Shown: piece after piece, positions 48,473-60,129 of the stretch
How positions within the stretch are numbered: position 1 is the first letter of the stretch
Layout: each line of letters starts with the position of its first letter
Assembly (NCBI GenBank): GCA_963663275.1
Contig: OY760183.1
Coordinates: 3,328,001-3,392,000, forward strand
DNA length: 64,000 nt
Origin: Chloroflexota bacterium
Lineage (GTDB): Bacteria > Chloroflexota > UBA11872 > VXOZ01
Reading direction: 5' to 3'
Position numbers and translations under genes: made by a program
Notes under the pieces: model-generated
What the model saw: only the letters and a program-made list of their open reading frames with translations
Told to the model about the DNA's origin: nothing
The model's database searches: none

Positions 48473-49495
48473 CTAGAGGCGCAAGCGCGCGTGGGTGAAG
48501 TAGTAGACACCGCCGCCGAGCAAGACGAGCCAGTAGCTGATGAGCCGGTCGAGCAGCGCCACCGCCGCGGCCACGTCCACCGGCACGTCCAGCAGCAACA
48601 TCAGGCCCACCATGCCCCCTTCCACCGCGCCCAGGCCGCCGGGCGTGGGCACAGCCAGCAGCAGCGCGCTGGCGGCAAAGACGAACAGCAGTTGCGGCAG
48701 CGCCAGCGGCACGCCCACGGCGTTTGCCACCAGGTAGAAGCGCCCGGCTTCGGCGGTCCATACCAGCGCCGTGAGCAGAACCATGACGTGCAACGGCCGC
48801 GCCGAAGTAAAGACGCCTCGCTTGAAATTCTGGAAGCGCGCTTCCAGCTTCTGCCGCCTGCGCCGCAGCAGCGGCAACCGCGCCAGCAGGCTGCCGTCCA
48901 GCCGCCGGAAGAACAGCAAGCCGCCGGCCAGGAGCGCCGCCAGGACGCCGGCGCTGAGCAGCGCGCCTTGCATCTCGTTCAACAACTCGCCCCGGGCGAA
49001 GAAGAGCGCGGCGGCGGCGGCGAGCAAGAGCACCGCGAAAAGATCCACCACGCGCTCCGCCAGCACGCTGCCGGTGGTCAGCGCAAAGGAGATGCCCTCC
49101 CGGCGGCGCAAGATGAACCCGCGATACAGATCCCCCATCTTGGCGGGAATCAGATGGCTGATGAACCAGGAGAGGAAGATCGCTTCACCCAGCGCCCGCA
49201 ACGGCACGTCGTGCCCCAGGTTGCGCAGCATCCTCTGCCAGCGCGCCGCCCGAGGCAGCAGCGTGGTGAAGTACACCGCCAACGCCAGCGCGTAGAGGCG
49301 CGGGTCCACGTGGCGTATCTCCGACCAGATACCGCGCCAGTCCAAGCCCGTCATGCGCCACAACGCGATCAAGAGCGCCGCCGCGATGAGAAACGAGAAC
49401 AGTGTGCGCAGACTCAGGAAGCGCCGCCCAACCGACGGCGGCGCGTCAGCCGCCGCGCCGGGCGGTTCAACCGGGGAAGAAGCTGTGGACTCGAT
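48473..49495 (-). CDS. Lysylphosphatidylglycerol synthase TM (flippase-like) protein
   Basis: PAKMGDLYRG, ERVVDL, PTPGGLGAVE, DRLIS; frame extends upstream of 49372 to ATC codons. Confidence 0.85.
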   Translation of the reverse strand: MESTASSPVEPPGAAADAPPSVGRRFLSLRTLFSFLIAAALLIALWRMTGLDWRGIWSEIRHVDPRLYALALAVYFTTLLPRAARWQRMLRNLGHDVPLRALGEAIFLSWFISHLIPAKMGDLYRGFILRRREGISFALTTGSVLAERVVDLFAVLLLAAAAALFFARGELLNEMQGALLSAGVLAALLAGGLLFFRRLDGSLLARLPLLRRRRQKLEARFQNFKRGVFTSARPLHVMVLLTALVWTAEAGRFYLVANAVGVPLALPQLLFVFAASALLLAVPTPGGLGAVEGGMVGLMLLLDVPVDVAAAVALLDRLISYWLVLLGGGVYYFTHARLRL

Positions 49496-49615
49496 GGCGA
49501 TAGCCCTCGTCTCGTGCTGGGGTTTACCTGATTATCATACCCAATGCCTCCCGCTTACCGCTAACCGCAACGCCGCGGCGGCAAAGCTCCGCGTACAATC
49601 CGACCCCCTCTCCCC

Positions 49616-49790
49616 GTTGACAGGGGTATGTAAGTGTCATTCCGAGCGGAGCGTCGAACAGGGTTCGCGGAATCTAGAATCGACCGTTTTGCAGCGAAAG
49701 CCTTAGATTCCGCGCTCTTAGCGACTCTCCGCTGCGCTCCGTTCGGAATGACACGTGAATTCGGACATTAGGAAACATACCCCTATCAGC
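49616..49790. mobile_element. Diverged copy of the GCTGACAGGGG MITE in a family E repeat
   Basis: GTTGACAGGGGTATG...CATACCCCTATCAGC with internal family F pair. Confidence 0.7.
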
Positions 49791-50065
49791 CGGGGAAAGT
49801 GCCGGGGTGAGGGAAAACCGCCTGAAACCCACCCTCCGCCCACCAACTGGCACGCGCGCGCTCTGACCCCCTCTCCCCGGGGAGAGGGCCGGGGTGAGGG
49901 GAAATTACCGAGAACCCACGCTCCCACACAATCTCCACCAGTAGTCACGCGCCCCTACCGCCTGGCTCCCCCCTAGAGCGCGCGCATTCGAGAACGGGTA
50001 TCCTAAGGAGACAGTGACCGACGCCAGACTCTCAATGGCAAACTAAACGCAAGGAGCGCAAAACC

Positions 50066-51103
50066 ATGGAACTCTTGAAGCGACTGTGCGAGACCCCGGG
50101 CATTGCCAGCCGGGAGGAGCCGATCCGCGGCGTCATCCGGGCGGAACTGGAGCCGCTGGCGACCGACGTGCGCGTGGACGCCCTGGGCAACCTGATCGCC
50201 TACCGCAAAGGGCAGGGCGGGCCGAAAGTCATGATTGCCGCCCACATGGACCAGATCGGCTTCATGGCGCGGCACGTCGATGACGAGGGCTTCATTCGCC
50301 TCCAGCCCGTGGGCGGTTTCGACCCCCGCACGCTGGTGGCGCAGCGCGTGCGCGTGCACGGCCAGGAGGAACTCTCCGGCGTGCTCATGCCGGCCACCAA
50401 ACCCACGCACCTGCTGGACGATTCCGAGCGCGGCAAGGCCCTGAAGCTGGATGACCTCTTCGTGGACGTGGGGCTGTCCGGCGAGCGCGCCAAGGAGCTT
50501 GTGCCCCTGGGCACGCCAATTACGTTCGACCGCACGTGCAACGACCTGGGCGACGTGATGGTCGGCCCCGCCATGGACGACCGCGTGAGCGTTTACGTCA
50601 TGCTGGAGGCCGTGCGCGGGCTGGGCGAGCACGCGGCCGAGGTCTACGCCGTGGCCTCCTCGCAGGAAGAGGTGGGGCTGCGCGGCGCGACGGTGGCGGC
50701 ATTTGGCGTGGAACCCGACCTGGGCCTGGCGCTAGACTCGACCCTGGCGGTGGACATACCCGGCGGCACGGAAGCGGATCGGGTCTCGAAACTCGGCGAC
50801 GGCACGGCGATCAAGATCATGGATTCGTCCCTGATCTGCGACCCGCGCCTGGTGGCCCACTGCCGCGCCGTCTGCGACCAGGAGGACATCCCCTACCAGA
50901 TGGAAATCCTGCCGCGCGGCGGCACCGACGGCGGCGCGATCCAACGCACCCGCGACGGCGTGCCCGCCATCACGCTCTCCACGCCCACGCGCTACGTGCA
51001 CACGGTCAACGAAATGGTGCACAAGCGCGACGTGGCGGCTACCGTAAACCTGGTGCGCCGCTTCATCGAAACCGCCCACGAGATCGATCTGACCTGGGAT
51101 TAA
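50066..51103 (+). CDS. M42 family aminopeptidase
   Basis: AAHMDQIG, DDR, QEEVGLRGA, GGTDG, RYVH. Confidence 0.93.
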   Translation: MELLKRLCETPGIASREEPIRGVIRAELEPLATDVRVDALGNLIAYRKGQGGPKVMIAAHMDQIGFMARHVDDEGFIRLQPVGGFDPRTLVAQRVRVHGQEELSGVLMPATKPTHLLDDSERGKALKLDDLFVDVGLSGERAKELVPLGTPITFDRTCNDLGDVMVGPAMDDRVSVYVMLEAVRGLGEHAAEVYAVASSQEEVGLRGATVAAFGVEPDLGLALDSTLAVDIPGGTEADRVSKLGDGTAIKIMDSSLICDPRLVAHCRAVCDQEDIPYQMEILPRGGTDGGAIQRTRDGVPAITLSTPTRYVHTVNEMVHKRDVAATVNLVRRFIETAHEIDLTWD

Positions 51104-51116
51104 GAGGTGGGTTCAA

Positions 51117-51214
51117 AGCCAGTAGCCAAAAGCCAGTAGCCGGTAGCTAGTAGTCAGTAGCCGCTACCTAGAAATCAGTAGCCGGTAGCCGCTGACCAGT
51201 AGCCGGTAGCCGTT
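51117..51214 (+). repeat. Heptamer tandem repeat, about 14 units
   Basis: AGCCAGT/AGCCGGT/AGTCAGT/AGCCGCT units. Confidence 0.8.
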
Positions 51215-51371
51215 CGCCCTGAGCCTGTCGAAGGGTGAACGGCTGCCGGCTTTTCAAGTCCAAGCTGAACGGATTTTGGCGCCGCTAACGAAATGCCAAT
51301 GCTCCCCGTTCATAGCGGCCCGAGTTCGCGGCGACCGTTGCCTGGCCAAAGTCAACGCCCCCCTCTTGCCC

Positions 51372-51566
51372 GCTGGCAGGGGTAGGCATCTACATCCGGT
51401 TACGCCTGTCATTCCGAGCGGAGCGCAGCGGAGAGTCGCTAAGAGCGCGGAATCTAAGGCTTCCCCTGCAAGAATATCTCTTCTAGATTCCTCGCTGCGC
51501 TCGGAATGACATTCCCATCCTCTTATCCCCTCTCCCTGGGGGGAGAGGGTTAGGGTGAGGGGGGCA
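51372..51566. mobile_element. Partial GCTGACAGGGG-type MITE plus family E repeat
   Basis: Left TIR-like GCTGGCAGGGGTAGGCA and family F pair; right TIR absent. Confidence 0.65.
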
Positions 51567-51568
51567 GG

Positions 51569-53677
<2,109 letters not shown>

Positions 53678-53833
53678 TGTCCTTCACCTACCTGAATTGC
53701 TGCAAGCGCACCTATACTACACTATGCACGCTGGCAAGAGAAAAGAAAACTGCCGCGAAAAGGATGGGAGATGCCGCGCCGCCCGGCGGGCGGGCCGCTC
53801 AGTGCGCTCCGGCGAGCACAACCCAGGACTACC

Positions 53834-55126
53834 TCACGCCGGCGCGTCGCTGGCGCGCGCACGCTCCCACTCATGCAACTCACTCACATTTTCCCGAATC
53901 TTGCGCACGGCGTCAAGAACCACGTCCATGCGCCGCCGCGGTCCCAGGAAGAGCGGGTGGGAAAACGCCAGCGCCTCCGTGCCCGCGATGCGCTCCGTTT
54001 CCGGGCAGTGGAACGCCGCATAGTCCATCTCCCGCCCGTACACCCGCGTGTTGAACGGATAGCCCCCGCGCCCCAAGTCCATCCCGGTGAGCGCCGTATG
54101 CCGGTAGAGCGGCGCGGTCTGGCCCGTGTTCGCCGGCACGCCTTCGGCCTTCAGCGCCGCCAGGAACGTATCGCGGTGAATGCCCTCAAAGTCCGGCGGG
54201 ATGAAGCGCCAGTGCCAGATGTAGAAACTCCAGCGCGTCACGCGCGGGTCCCAAGCCAGGCTGTCTACGCCCGGAATCTCAGCCAATCCCTCAATCAGGT
54301 AGCGCGCGTTCGCCTCGCGGACGGCGACTTGCTCCGGCAGGCGTTCCAATCCAACCAACCCCAACGCGCCAATCCATTCCGTCATGCGCAAGTTGGTGGC
54401 GGGCAGCGACCGCGCCGGCTTGGGGCGTCCCACAATGCCGTTCACGTGCTGGTACCCAAACAGCCGCGCTTGCAGGTCGTCCCGGTCGGTGAGCGCCATG
54501 CCGCCCTCGCCCAACGGCAGGACTTTGCTGCCCTGAAAGCTGAAGACGCCCACGTCCTCCAGCGCGCCCACGCCGCGGTCCCGCCACCGGCTGCCGTGCG
54601 CGTGGGCGCAGTCGCCGACCAGCGCGATTCCATGCCGGTCTACCAGCGCCCGCAGCGCGTCCAGGTCGGCCGGCAGGCCGCCGTTGTGGACGCACATGAC
54701 CGCCCGCGTCTTGGACGTAACGGCGGCGGCAACCCTGGCGGGATCCAGGTTGTAGGTCTGCGGCTCGACGTCGACGAACACGGGCGCGGCGCCGACGGCG
54801 ATTACGGCGGTAGCCACCGTAATCCAGGTGGCCGCCGGCAGAATCACCTCATCGCCGGGCTCGACCCCCACCGCTCGCAGCGCCAGTTCCAGGCCGCTGG
54901 ACCCGGTGGCGACCGCCACCCCGTGCCGCGCATCCTGAAAGGCGGCAAAGGCGTCTTCGAACCGCCACACCCACGAGGCCGCGCCCTGCGACTTGGAGCG
55001 CGTCCAGGCCCGGCTCGTGAGCACGTCCTTCAGCGCCTGTTCGTCCCGTTCGTCGTACACGGGCCAGGGCGTGTCCAGCGGCGCCGCAACCAGCGGCTTG
55101 CCGCCGGCCAAGGCAAGCGTTCCCAT
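53834..55126 (-). CDS. DegT/DnrJ/EryC1/StrS aminotransferase
   Basis: GDEVILP, DCAHAHG, FSFQGSK..GEGG. Confidence 0.92.
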   Translation of the reverse strand: MGTLALAGGKPLVAAPLDTPWPVYDERDEQALKDVLTSRAWTRSKSQGAASWVWRFEDAFAAFQDARHGVAVATGSSGLELALRAVGVEPGDEVILPAATWITVATAVIAVGAAPVFVDVEPQTYNLDPARVAAAVTSKTRAVMCVHNGGLPADLDALRALVDRHGIALVGDCAHAHGSRWRDRGVGALEDVGVFSFQGSKVLPLGEGGMALTDRDDLQARLFGYQHVNGIVGRPKPARSLPATNLRMTEWIGALGLVGLERLPEQVAVREANARYLIEGLAEIPGVDSLAWDPRVTRWSFYIWHWRFIPPDFEGIHRDTFLAALKAEGVPANTGQTAPLYRHTALTGMDLGRGGYPFNTRVYGREMDYAAFHCPETERIAGTEALAFSHPLFLGPRRRMDVVLDAVRKIRENVSELHEWERARASDAPA

Positions 55127-55281
55127 GGGCCGATACTCCTCTTGGGGCGCGGCGTACTCTACCGTGTGTGCGCGGCCCCGGCCCTCCATCCACCGCAAAC
55201 TTCCACCAGATCACTGACCGCATGGTTCCGGGCGTACCGCGTTCCACAGCATACAAGAATTACGCCGGCGGCGGCAACGCC

Positions 55282-56682
55282 TTAGAGCGACCGGAGAAAC
55301 CGGAGCAGCGCCTGCCGTTGGGACAGGGAGAGGCTCTTGAAGACCTCGCGGGCGGCCGCCGCCTCGCCGCCGTGCCAGAGGATTGCCTCCTCCAGGTTGC
55401 GGGCGCGGCCATCGTGCAGAAAGCGCGTGTGGCCGTTTACCGCCTGCACCAGCCCGATGCCCCAGAGCGGCGGCGTGCGCCACTCGCGGCCGGTGGCCTG
55501 ACCGTCGGGCCGGTTGTCCGCCAGTTCCTCGCCCATGTCGTGCAGGAGCAGGTCCGTGTACGGGAAGATCACCTGGTCTTGCAGCGGCCGCACCGAGAAG
55601 TCCGGGGCGGTCACGTGCCGGGGGGTGTGGCATGACGCGCAGCCAACGTCCTCAAACAGGCGCGCTCCCTGGCGAACCGTGGGGTCATCCACGTTGCGCA
55701 TGGCGGGCACTGCCAGCGTCTGGATATAGAATACAACCTTCGCCAGCCGGTCGTCGGGGATTTCCGGCGCGCCGCCGTGCGGCGCTTGGTTGCACACCTC
55801 CTGCGCCGCCGGACAATTCTCCACCGGAAAGAGCGAGGACGTTATGCCAATGTCACCCAGAAACGCGCCGGCGGACTGCTGCTCGACACTGGGTTGGTTG
55901 GCCTTCCAGCCAAAGCGGCCCAGCGCATACGCTTGCGCGCGCGCGTCCCACACCATGTTGGGACGGCCGGAAATACCGTCGCCGTCACGGTCGTCGGGGT
56001 CGGCCAACGCCAGGATGCGCTCCGCCGGAATAGCTTCCAGCAAACCCATGCCGAAGACAACCGGCGCGATGCGGGGCGACACCAGCATGTCCGGCCGCGG
56101 CGGGCCAAACGCCGGGTCCAGAATGGCGTACTCCGGCTTGCGCAGCGTGTACGGCGTGCCGTCGGCATAGCTGCCGCTGATCGTCTCGTAGCGAATGGCG
56201 ATGCGGCCCTCGGCAGGCACGCCATTGATGGCGCGGTCTTGGAGTTGGCCGCCGTAGACCGGATCGGCGACCGGCCCGTCCGGCCCCGGGATGCTCAGCC
56301 TGAGCAGGAGACCCCGCACCGGGTCGTCGTCATCGTCCGGCGGCCTGGCCCGTCCGTCGTGGTCGTGGCAGGAAGAGCACGACTGGGCGTTGAAGGTTGG
56401 CCCCAAGCCGTCGCGCGCCACCGTGGAAGCCGGCGCCGTGACCCAATTCTGATTGAAGAAGCTATCGCCCACGTTGAACGTGCGGCGCTCTTCAACGTCG
56501 AGATTGCGGGCCGAAAGCTCGAACGCGTTGCGCCCGGCGCTGAAGGCCGTGGTGTCGCCGCCCAACCGCGCGTCCAGCGGCAGATAGTCTCGGCTTGGCC
56601 CAGAAGTGTGGGCTAGGCCGGATGCAATCACCAAGAGGAGGGCCGCCGCCATGCGGACGAGCGGACGGCGCTTGCGTGCCAT
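55282..56682 (-). CDS. Di-heme oxidoreductase family (DUF1111)
   Basis: CSSCH and CASCH, GRFGWKA, WRTPPLWG, LHDGRA. Confidence 0.9.
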   Translation of the reverse strand: MARKRRPLVRMAAALLLVIASGLAHTSGPSRDYLPLDARLGGDTTAFSAGRNAFELSARNLDVEERRTFNVGDSFFNQNWVTAPASTVARDGLGPTFNAQSCSSCHDHDGRARPPDDDDDPVRGLLLRLSIPGPDGPVADPVYGGQLQDRAINGVPAEGRIAIRYETISGSYADGTPYTLRKPEYAILDPAFGPPRPDMLVSPRIAPVVFGMGLLEAIPAERILALADPDDRDGDGISGRPNMVWDARAQAYALGRFGWKANQPSVEQQSAGAFLGDIGITSSLFPVENCPAAQEVCNQAPHGGAPEIPDDRLAKVVFYIQTLAVPAMRNVDDPTVRQGARLFEDVGCASCHTPRHVTAPDFSVRPLQDQVIFPYTDLLLHDMGEELADNRPDGQATGREWRTPPLWGIGLVQAVNGHTRFLHDGRARNLEEAILWHGGEAAAAREVFKSLSLSQRQALLRFLRSL

Positions 56683-56705
56683 TAGCTCACGCTAATCGCC
56701 TGCCG

Positions 56706-57860
56706 CTAGCTCACGCTGATGGTGATGCCAATCAACTGGGCGGCGGAGACGATGGTGTCCGTCTGATTCTCCAGCGCCACGATCGTCTCGAGCACGGCCT
56801 TCCTGCCGGCGGAGTCGTCGGAGACGTCAGAGAGCAGGTGTTGATCGAACGGGCTCGGAATAGCCGTGGCGAGATCCACGCTCGTGTTGATTTCCGCCGC
56901 CAGCCGGTCGGCGAGTTCCGTGTCGATTGCGGCAATCAGGTCTTTGATGCCCAGCCCGGAAACGCCGCCGAAGTTGCCGAGATAGACCATCTGAATGCCG
57001 ATCGCGTTCGCGATGATGTCGGCGGTGGTGTTATCGGAGAAGCAGGAGTGCTCGTCCTCCTGGGAACGCTCCTCGTACGCCACGGTCATGCGCTCGCCGG
57101 CCAACTCACCCCGGCTCAACTCACCGATGCCGGTGATGATCTTCTGCAGGGCTTCGTCCGCGGCGAGAGACTCGAACTCGGCGCGGTAGTTGTCGCCGTC
57201 CGGCGCCCAGGCGTCAACCATCTGCTGCAAGTGACTCACCAGCAGGTCCGACGCCACGGCCAGATAGATTGACCGGCGCTCGGCATTGGCGTTGGTGGTG
57301 TAGTCTTCCACCGGGCGCGCGCCCGGCCCGTCGTTGCTGAGATCCTGGCCCCACAACAAGAACTCGATCGCGTGCCAGCCGGTGGAGACGTTCTCCTCGC
57401 CGCCTTCCTCGTTGAGCGAGACCAGCAGGTCCGCGTCGATGGTGGGGAAGGCGTCGGGATTGTTGATGATGCCCGCTTGCGGGTCGCCTACCACGTAATC
57501 GATGTAGGCTTCGTCCAGCGGCCAGGCGTTGATCAAGCCCTCAGGCCCGTCGTCCGGATTGTCGATCGGGCCGTCGTAGAAGCGGAAGGCCTCGGTGGGC
57601 CCATACAGGTCGCGGGCGCTGAGCCACGCTTGCTTGGCCGCTTCCAGATTGGCCGCGTTCGGCTCCGCGAGAAAGGCGTCGATGGCCTTGTCCAACTCCA
57701 TTGCCGAATCGAGACTCTGGGAATACAGGTGGAACACGCCGTTGGCATAGTTCGCCACCACGTCCCGTTTCATATCGTCGCTCGGCCCGCTCGCGCCGCA
57801 TGACGTCAACAACAACACGACCATGCCGACCAAGGTCGTCAGGGTTAGGATCCTTCTCAC
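56706..57860 (-). CDS. Imelysin/IrpA-like iron-regulated lipoprotein
   Basis: LTSCG lipobox, NAWPLDE, GWHAIEFLLWGQD, EDEHSCFSDNT; GTG after GAGGAGGAG. Confidence 0.9.
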   Translation of the reverse strand: MRRILTLTTLVGMVVLLLTSCGASGPSDDMKRDVVANYANGVFHLYSQSLDSAMELDKAIDAFLAEPNAANLEAAKQAWLSARDLYGPTEAFRFYDGPIDNPDDGPEGLINAWPLDEAYIDYVVGDPQAGIINNPDAFPTIDADLLVSLNEEGGEENVSTGWHAIEFLLWGQDLSNDGPGARPVEDYTTNANAERRSIYLAVASDLLVSHLQQMVDAWAPDGDNYRAEFESLAADEALQKIITGIGELSRGELAGERMTVAYEERSQEDEHSCFSDNTTADIIANAIGIQMVYLGNFGGVSGLGIKDLIAAIDTELADRLAAEINTSVDLATAIPSPFDQHLLSDVSDDSAGRKAVLETIVALENQTDTIVSAAQLIGITISVS

Positions 57861-57985
57861 GGTTCTCCTCCTCGCTTCGAGACCCTGCATGATGAAACTT
57901 CCTGAAGCTCTACCACGTGAAGCACAGCTACCAACGATTGAGGCCATGTGCCTAAATGTTAGTTAATGCGCCTTCATCCAAGCAG

Positions 57986-58016
57986 GTAGGTTACCCTAAC
58001 GGAATCAGGGAGTCAA
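57986..58016 (-). promoter_or_regulatory. Promoter with DtxR/IdeR-like box over the -10
   Basis: TTGACT-17-TAACCT; GTAGGTTACCCTAACGGAA vs TTAGGTTAGCCTAACCTAA. Confidence 0.65.
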
Positions 58017-58173
58017 GTAATTCGTATCTCTTTGCTGGGAATTCTTGCCGGCGCCTCTTGCGGCGCGCGAAACGCTGCGGCCAAGCCAACTTGCCGCCGC
58101 CTGAATCGGTGAGAAGAGCCGCCGTCGAGGGGGAGGAAAGTGCGCCGAGCGGGGCGCGCCTGGGGAAAGGCGG

Positions 58174-59280
58174 CTAATCTTTCGCCTGCGTCAGCACGCG
58201 AAAGCCGCCGAGGCCGTCGGGCCAGATGAGGTCGGTGATGGCGCGCCGGGCGCGCTGCGTCTCCGCCGTGGCCGGTTGCCGCGCCAGCGCGGCCAACTCG
58301 CCGCCAATGCCCAGTCCCGTCAGGTATTCGGCCTGGGATTGGTAGGCTACGGCGCGCAGGCCGGCGCGCGCGCCAGCGTCCATGAGGGCGGTGAAATTAA
58401 CGTGGGCGGTGATGTCCTGCGCGCCGACGCGGGTATAGGGATCCTTGCTCACCCGGTGGCGATAGTAGCAGGCCAGCGTGCCGCCCGCGTAGCGCGGGCC
58501 GCGCAGTTCGTCCCACGCCGCGCCGTAATCGATGGTGATCACCGTGCCGCGCGTCAGCAGCCGCGCGACGCGCTCGATCCACGCCACCGCCGCCAGGCAG
58601 ATTTCACCCCGCCAGCCCTCCGGCGGCCAACCAAAGCGCTCCACGTAGGCGGTGAGTTCCGGGCAAGACGGCGCGCCGATTTCCTCCTGCAGGCGACCGT
58701 CACGCAGCGTCACGTAAGTCTCTTGCAACGCGCCGTCCTTCACGCGCACGCGATGCGCTGGCAGCGCGTCCAGCAATTCGTTGGAGAGCACGACGCCGGT
58801 AACCGGCGTTGCCAGCGCCTGGCTTATAACGACGGGATGCGCCGCCGCGTTGGCGAGCGCCTGCCGTTGGGCGCCGCTCGGGCCGGGCCCGCGCTCTACC
58901 AGGCGATAGCGCGCGCGCTCCCAGCAGTCCGGCGCGCTCCGGCGCAGGCCGCGCAGAATGTCCCACGCGAGGATGCCGCGCCCGGCGCCCATCTCGACGA
59001 CGTCGAAGCGCTCCGGTTCGCCCAGTTCCCGCCAGACCCGCGCCGCGTGGCGGGCCAGATACGCGCCAAAGACCGCGTGAACCTGCGGCGCGGTGTAGTA
59101 ATCGCGCGCCGGGCCGGGCACCGGTGCGGCGCCGTCGTCATGACCAGTGCCGGATTGCGGCGCGGTGTAGTAGCCGAACGCCGGCGCGTAGAGGGCAATC
59201 TCCATGAATTCGGCAAACGTAATGCGGCCGTTGGCCGCAATCGCCGCCTGGAGCCGTTCATCCGCCGTAGGCGCGCCCAT
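58174..59280 (-). CDS. MidA/NDUFAF7-like SAM-dependent methyltransferase
   Basis: FMEIALY..GYY, EMGAGRG, NELLDALP, IDYG, DITAHVNF. Confidence 0.9.
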   Translation of the reverse strand: MGAPTADERLQAAIAANGRITFAEFMEIALYAPAFGYYTAPQSGTGHDDGAAPVPGPARDYYTAPQVHAVFGAYLARHAARVWRELGEPERFDVVEMGAGRGILAWDILRGLRRSAPDCWERARYRLVERGPGPSGAQRQALANAAAHPVVISQALATPVTGVVLSNELLDALPAHRVRVKDGALQETYVTLRDGRLQEEIGAPSCPELTAYVERFGWPPEGWRGEICLAAVAWIERVARLLTRGTVITIDYGAAWDELRGPRYAGGTLACYYRHRVSKDPYTRVGAQDITAHVNFTALMDAGARAGLRAVAYQSQAEYLTGLGIGGELAALARQPATAETQRARRAITDLIWPDGLGGFRVLTQAKD

Positions 59281-59476
59281 GAACGCTATTCGCCCTACGA
59301 CCAACACGCAACGCTACGCGCCATCGGCAGGACGCGCGCCACAACCCGGAACTGCGCGGCAGGACTGGCTCCGCACCACTGCCATAGCCGCTGCCCGGAG
59401 CGGAAGGCCGGTGTAGCGGTTGCTGAAAGTGAGAAGGGAGAGTCGGAGACTGATACCCGCATTGGCGAGAGAGTGG

Positions 59477-59908
59477 TTAGGGAAAGAAAAGCGGCACGAT
59501 GCGATCGAAGACGCCAATCGCGGCAAGCATGACGATCACCGCTACGATGAACCCGATTACCCAACGCGACAGCGCATTGTGCTTGTCTACCATGTCGGCG
59601 CGCAAGATTGCCATGTCGGTTTGCGACTTTTGAGCCAGCAACTCTATGGCGTGTTGCATGCGCGTCAACCCGATTTCCAAGTCGGCTTTCGTGGCCTGCT
59701 GCACACGCTCCAGACCGGCCTCTAAATCTGCTTTCATGGCCCGCTGCACACGCTCTAATCCGGCTTCCAGATCGGAGCGCATGGCACGTTCCACGCTATC
59801 CAAGTCGGCTTTGGTTGTGCGCTCCAAACGCTCTAGGCCGGCTGCTAGGTCGGCTTTTGTCGCGTACTCGTTTGCGTCGGGCGGTTGCTCCGCCGCTTCA
59901 ATTGCCAT
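59477..59908 (-). CDS. DUF1640/CCDC90-like coiled-coil protein with C-terminal TM anchor
   Basis: YATKADL neck, repeated KADLEAGLERV units, hydrophobic C-terminus. Confidence 0.75.
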   Translation of the reverse strand: MAIEAAEQPPDANEYATKADLAAGLERLERTTKADLDSVERAMRSDLEAGLERVQRAMKADLEAGLERVQQATKADLEIGLTRMQHAIELLAQKSQTDMAILRADMVDKHNALSRWVIGFIVAVIVMLAAIGVFDRIVPLFFP

Positions 59909-60129
59909 CCGCGCCCTCCCTAGTGCGTGTAACGCTTGGCCCTTTCAAGCCTTCACTTTAGATGTTCTCAGGAAGTCGCTGAATTGTCAAAAGCGGTGTA
60001 ATTCTCAAGAATGTGCTCTTCAAACCAAAGGCAACCGTGCAGAGACGTTTCCACCGCGCCGTTCTTCTGTACAATAGAGGGCACGACGACAGTGGAAGAC
60101 CCGATAAGCAACGCAGGGAGGATTGGGGA

